A stretch of DNA of 64,000 nucleotides from the NCBI GenBank assembly GCA_977862235.1, contig OZ374557.1, positions 1,798,001 to 1,862,000 on the forward strand. The letters are read 5' to 3'. The position numbers and the translations under genes are program-made. Below are positions 63,340-64,000 of the stretch, in pieces. Positions within the stretch are counted from its first letter, which is position 1, and every line of letters starts with the position of its first letter. This stretch comes from Dudresnaya verticillata. Its lineage: Eukaryota. The notes beneath the pieces were generated by a model. That model was not told the DNA's origin. It saw nothing but the letters and a program-made list of their open reading frames with translations, and searched no databases.

Positions 63340-63512
63340 ACACAGGAAAGCTATTCTTACTTGTAGAACTCTTGAACCTTGAACTTCCACAACAATAACA
63401 CTTGAACCTAGAACTTCCAAAACTAGAACACTTGAAACTTGAAACTTGAAACTAGAAGCTAGACTTTCCAAAACAAGAACAATTGAAACTTGAAACTTGA
63501 AACTAGAACTTC
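63340..63512. repeat. Short tandem CTTGAAA/CTAGAA repeats in the 5' leader of gypsy G
   Basis: cttgaaacttgaaacttgaaactagaa occurs at ~63431 and nearly again at ~63483, plus degenerate copies. Confidence 0.8.
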
Positions 63513-64000
63513 CACGGGTATAACACAGCTTGCCAACAACACTAGTCAAAGTAATGGCGTCTCCTGCAGGGAATAGAAATTTCTATAAACACCGCCATCG
63601 TAGTCTTGTTGATGATTTTTCGCTCTGTGTGTTGTTTGTGATAATGCGAAGACCTCTGCCTTCCTCCCCTCTTTCCGAGCGAGAGCAAAGCTTTATATTC
63701 CCCAGAGCTGCCTCCTATGCAACTCTGGGTTCCCGCCGCGCTCGTCCTAAACGAGCCCGAGTCGGTAGATAGCTCTTAACGTTATTCTACTTCTATGCAG
63801 TAGCCGTGAACGTTATTCTAGCTATCTGTGCTATCCGTAAACGTTATTTTAATCACTCCTTCACAGTATCTGTGAACAGTCTGCCTCAGAAACAATATCC
63901 GTAGGCATAGGCTTGAAGATGTTACATCTAAAACGGAATATCTCCCGGTGCTTGAAGTAGGCCCAAACCTCCCGGTGCTTGAAGTAAGGCGAAACATTCC

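Larger units (their letters stand above)
57686..64000 (-). mobile_element. Ty3/gypsy LTR retrotransposon G (5' LTR runs off the right edge)
   Basis: Near-identical direct repeats 57686-~58110 and 63584->64000 enclose gag-pol. Exact LTR ends are uncertain. Confidence 0.92.

Overview
Eukaryotic, intron-poor, transposon-dominated DNA. The gene style and TE complement suggest a florideophyte red alga such as Chondrus; this is inference only. Apparently intact genes: a PIF1-family helicase, a CAMK-like Ser/Thr kinase, an FtsH/YME1-type AAA metalloprotease and an RWP-RK transcription factor. Broken host genes: an egghead/bre-3-like GT2 mannosyltransferase split by a 15.8-kb nested retrotransposon stack, and tail-to-tail 3' fragments of NOP53 and NOC4. 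Mobile DNA: three Ty1/copia elements, three chromodomain-type Ty3/gypsy elements, several solo LTRs with TSDs, a 401-bp TRIM, a pogo-like MITE, a Sola-like transposase relic and a LINE fragment. Most striking observation: a copia element, a gypsy element and the TRIM (possibly also a second gypsy) carry no tRNA primer-binding site. Each instead has a different perfect 8-bp palindrome directly abutting the 5' LTR (ATCCGGAT, GTATATAC, ATGATCAT; possibly GAAATTTC), which suggests a shared tRNA-independent self-priming mechanism. Other highlights are -1 frameshift signals in two copia elements, a half-tRNA(iMet) PBS, WLDD reverse transcriptases and large antisense extra ORFs. All alignments and translations beyond the ORF track were done by eye.
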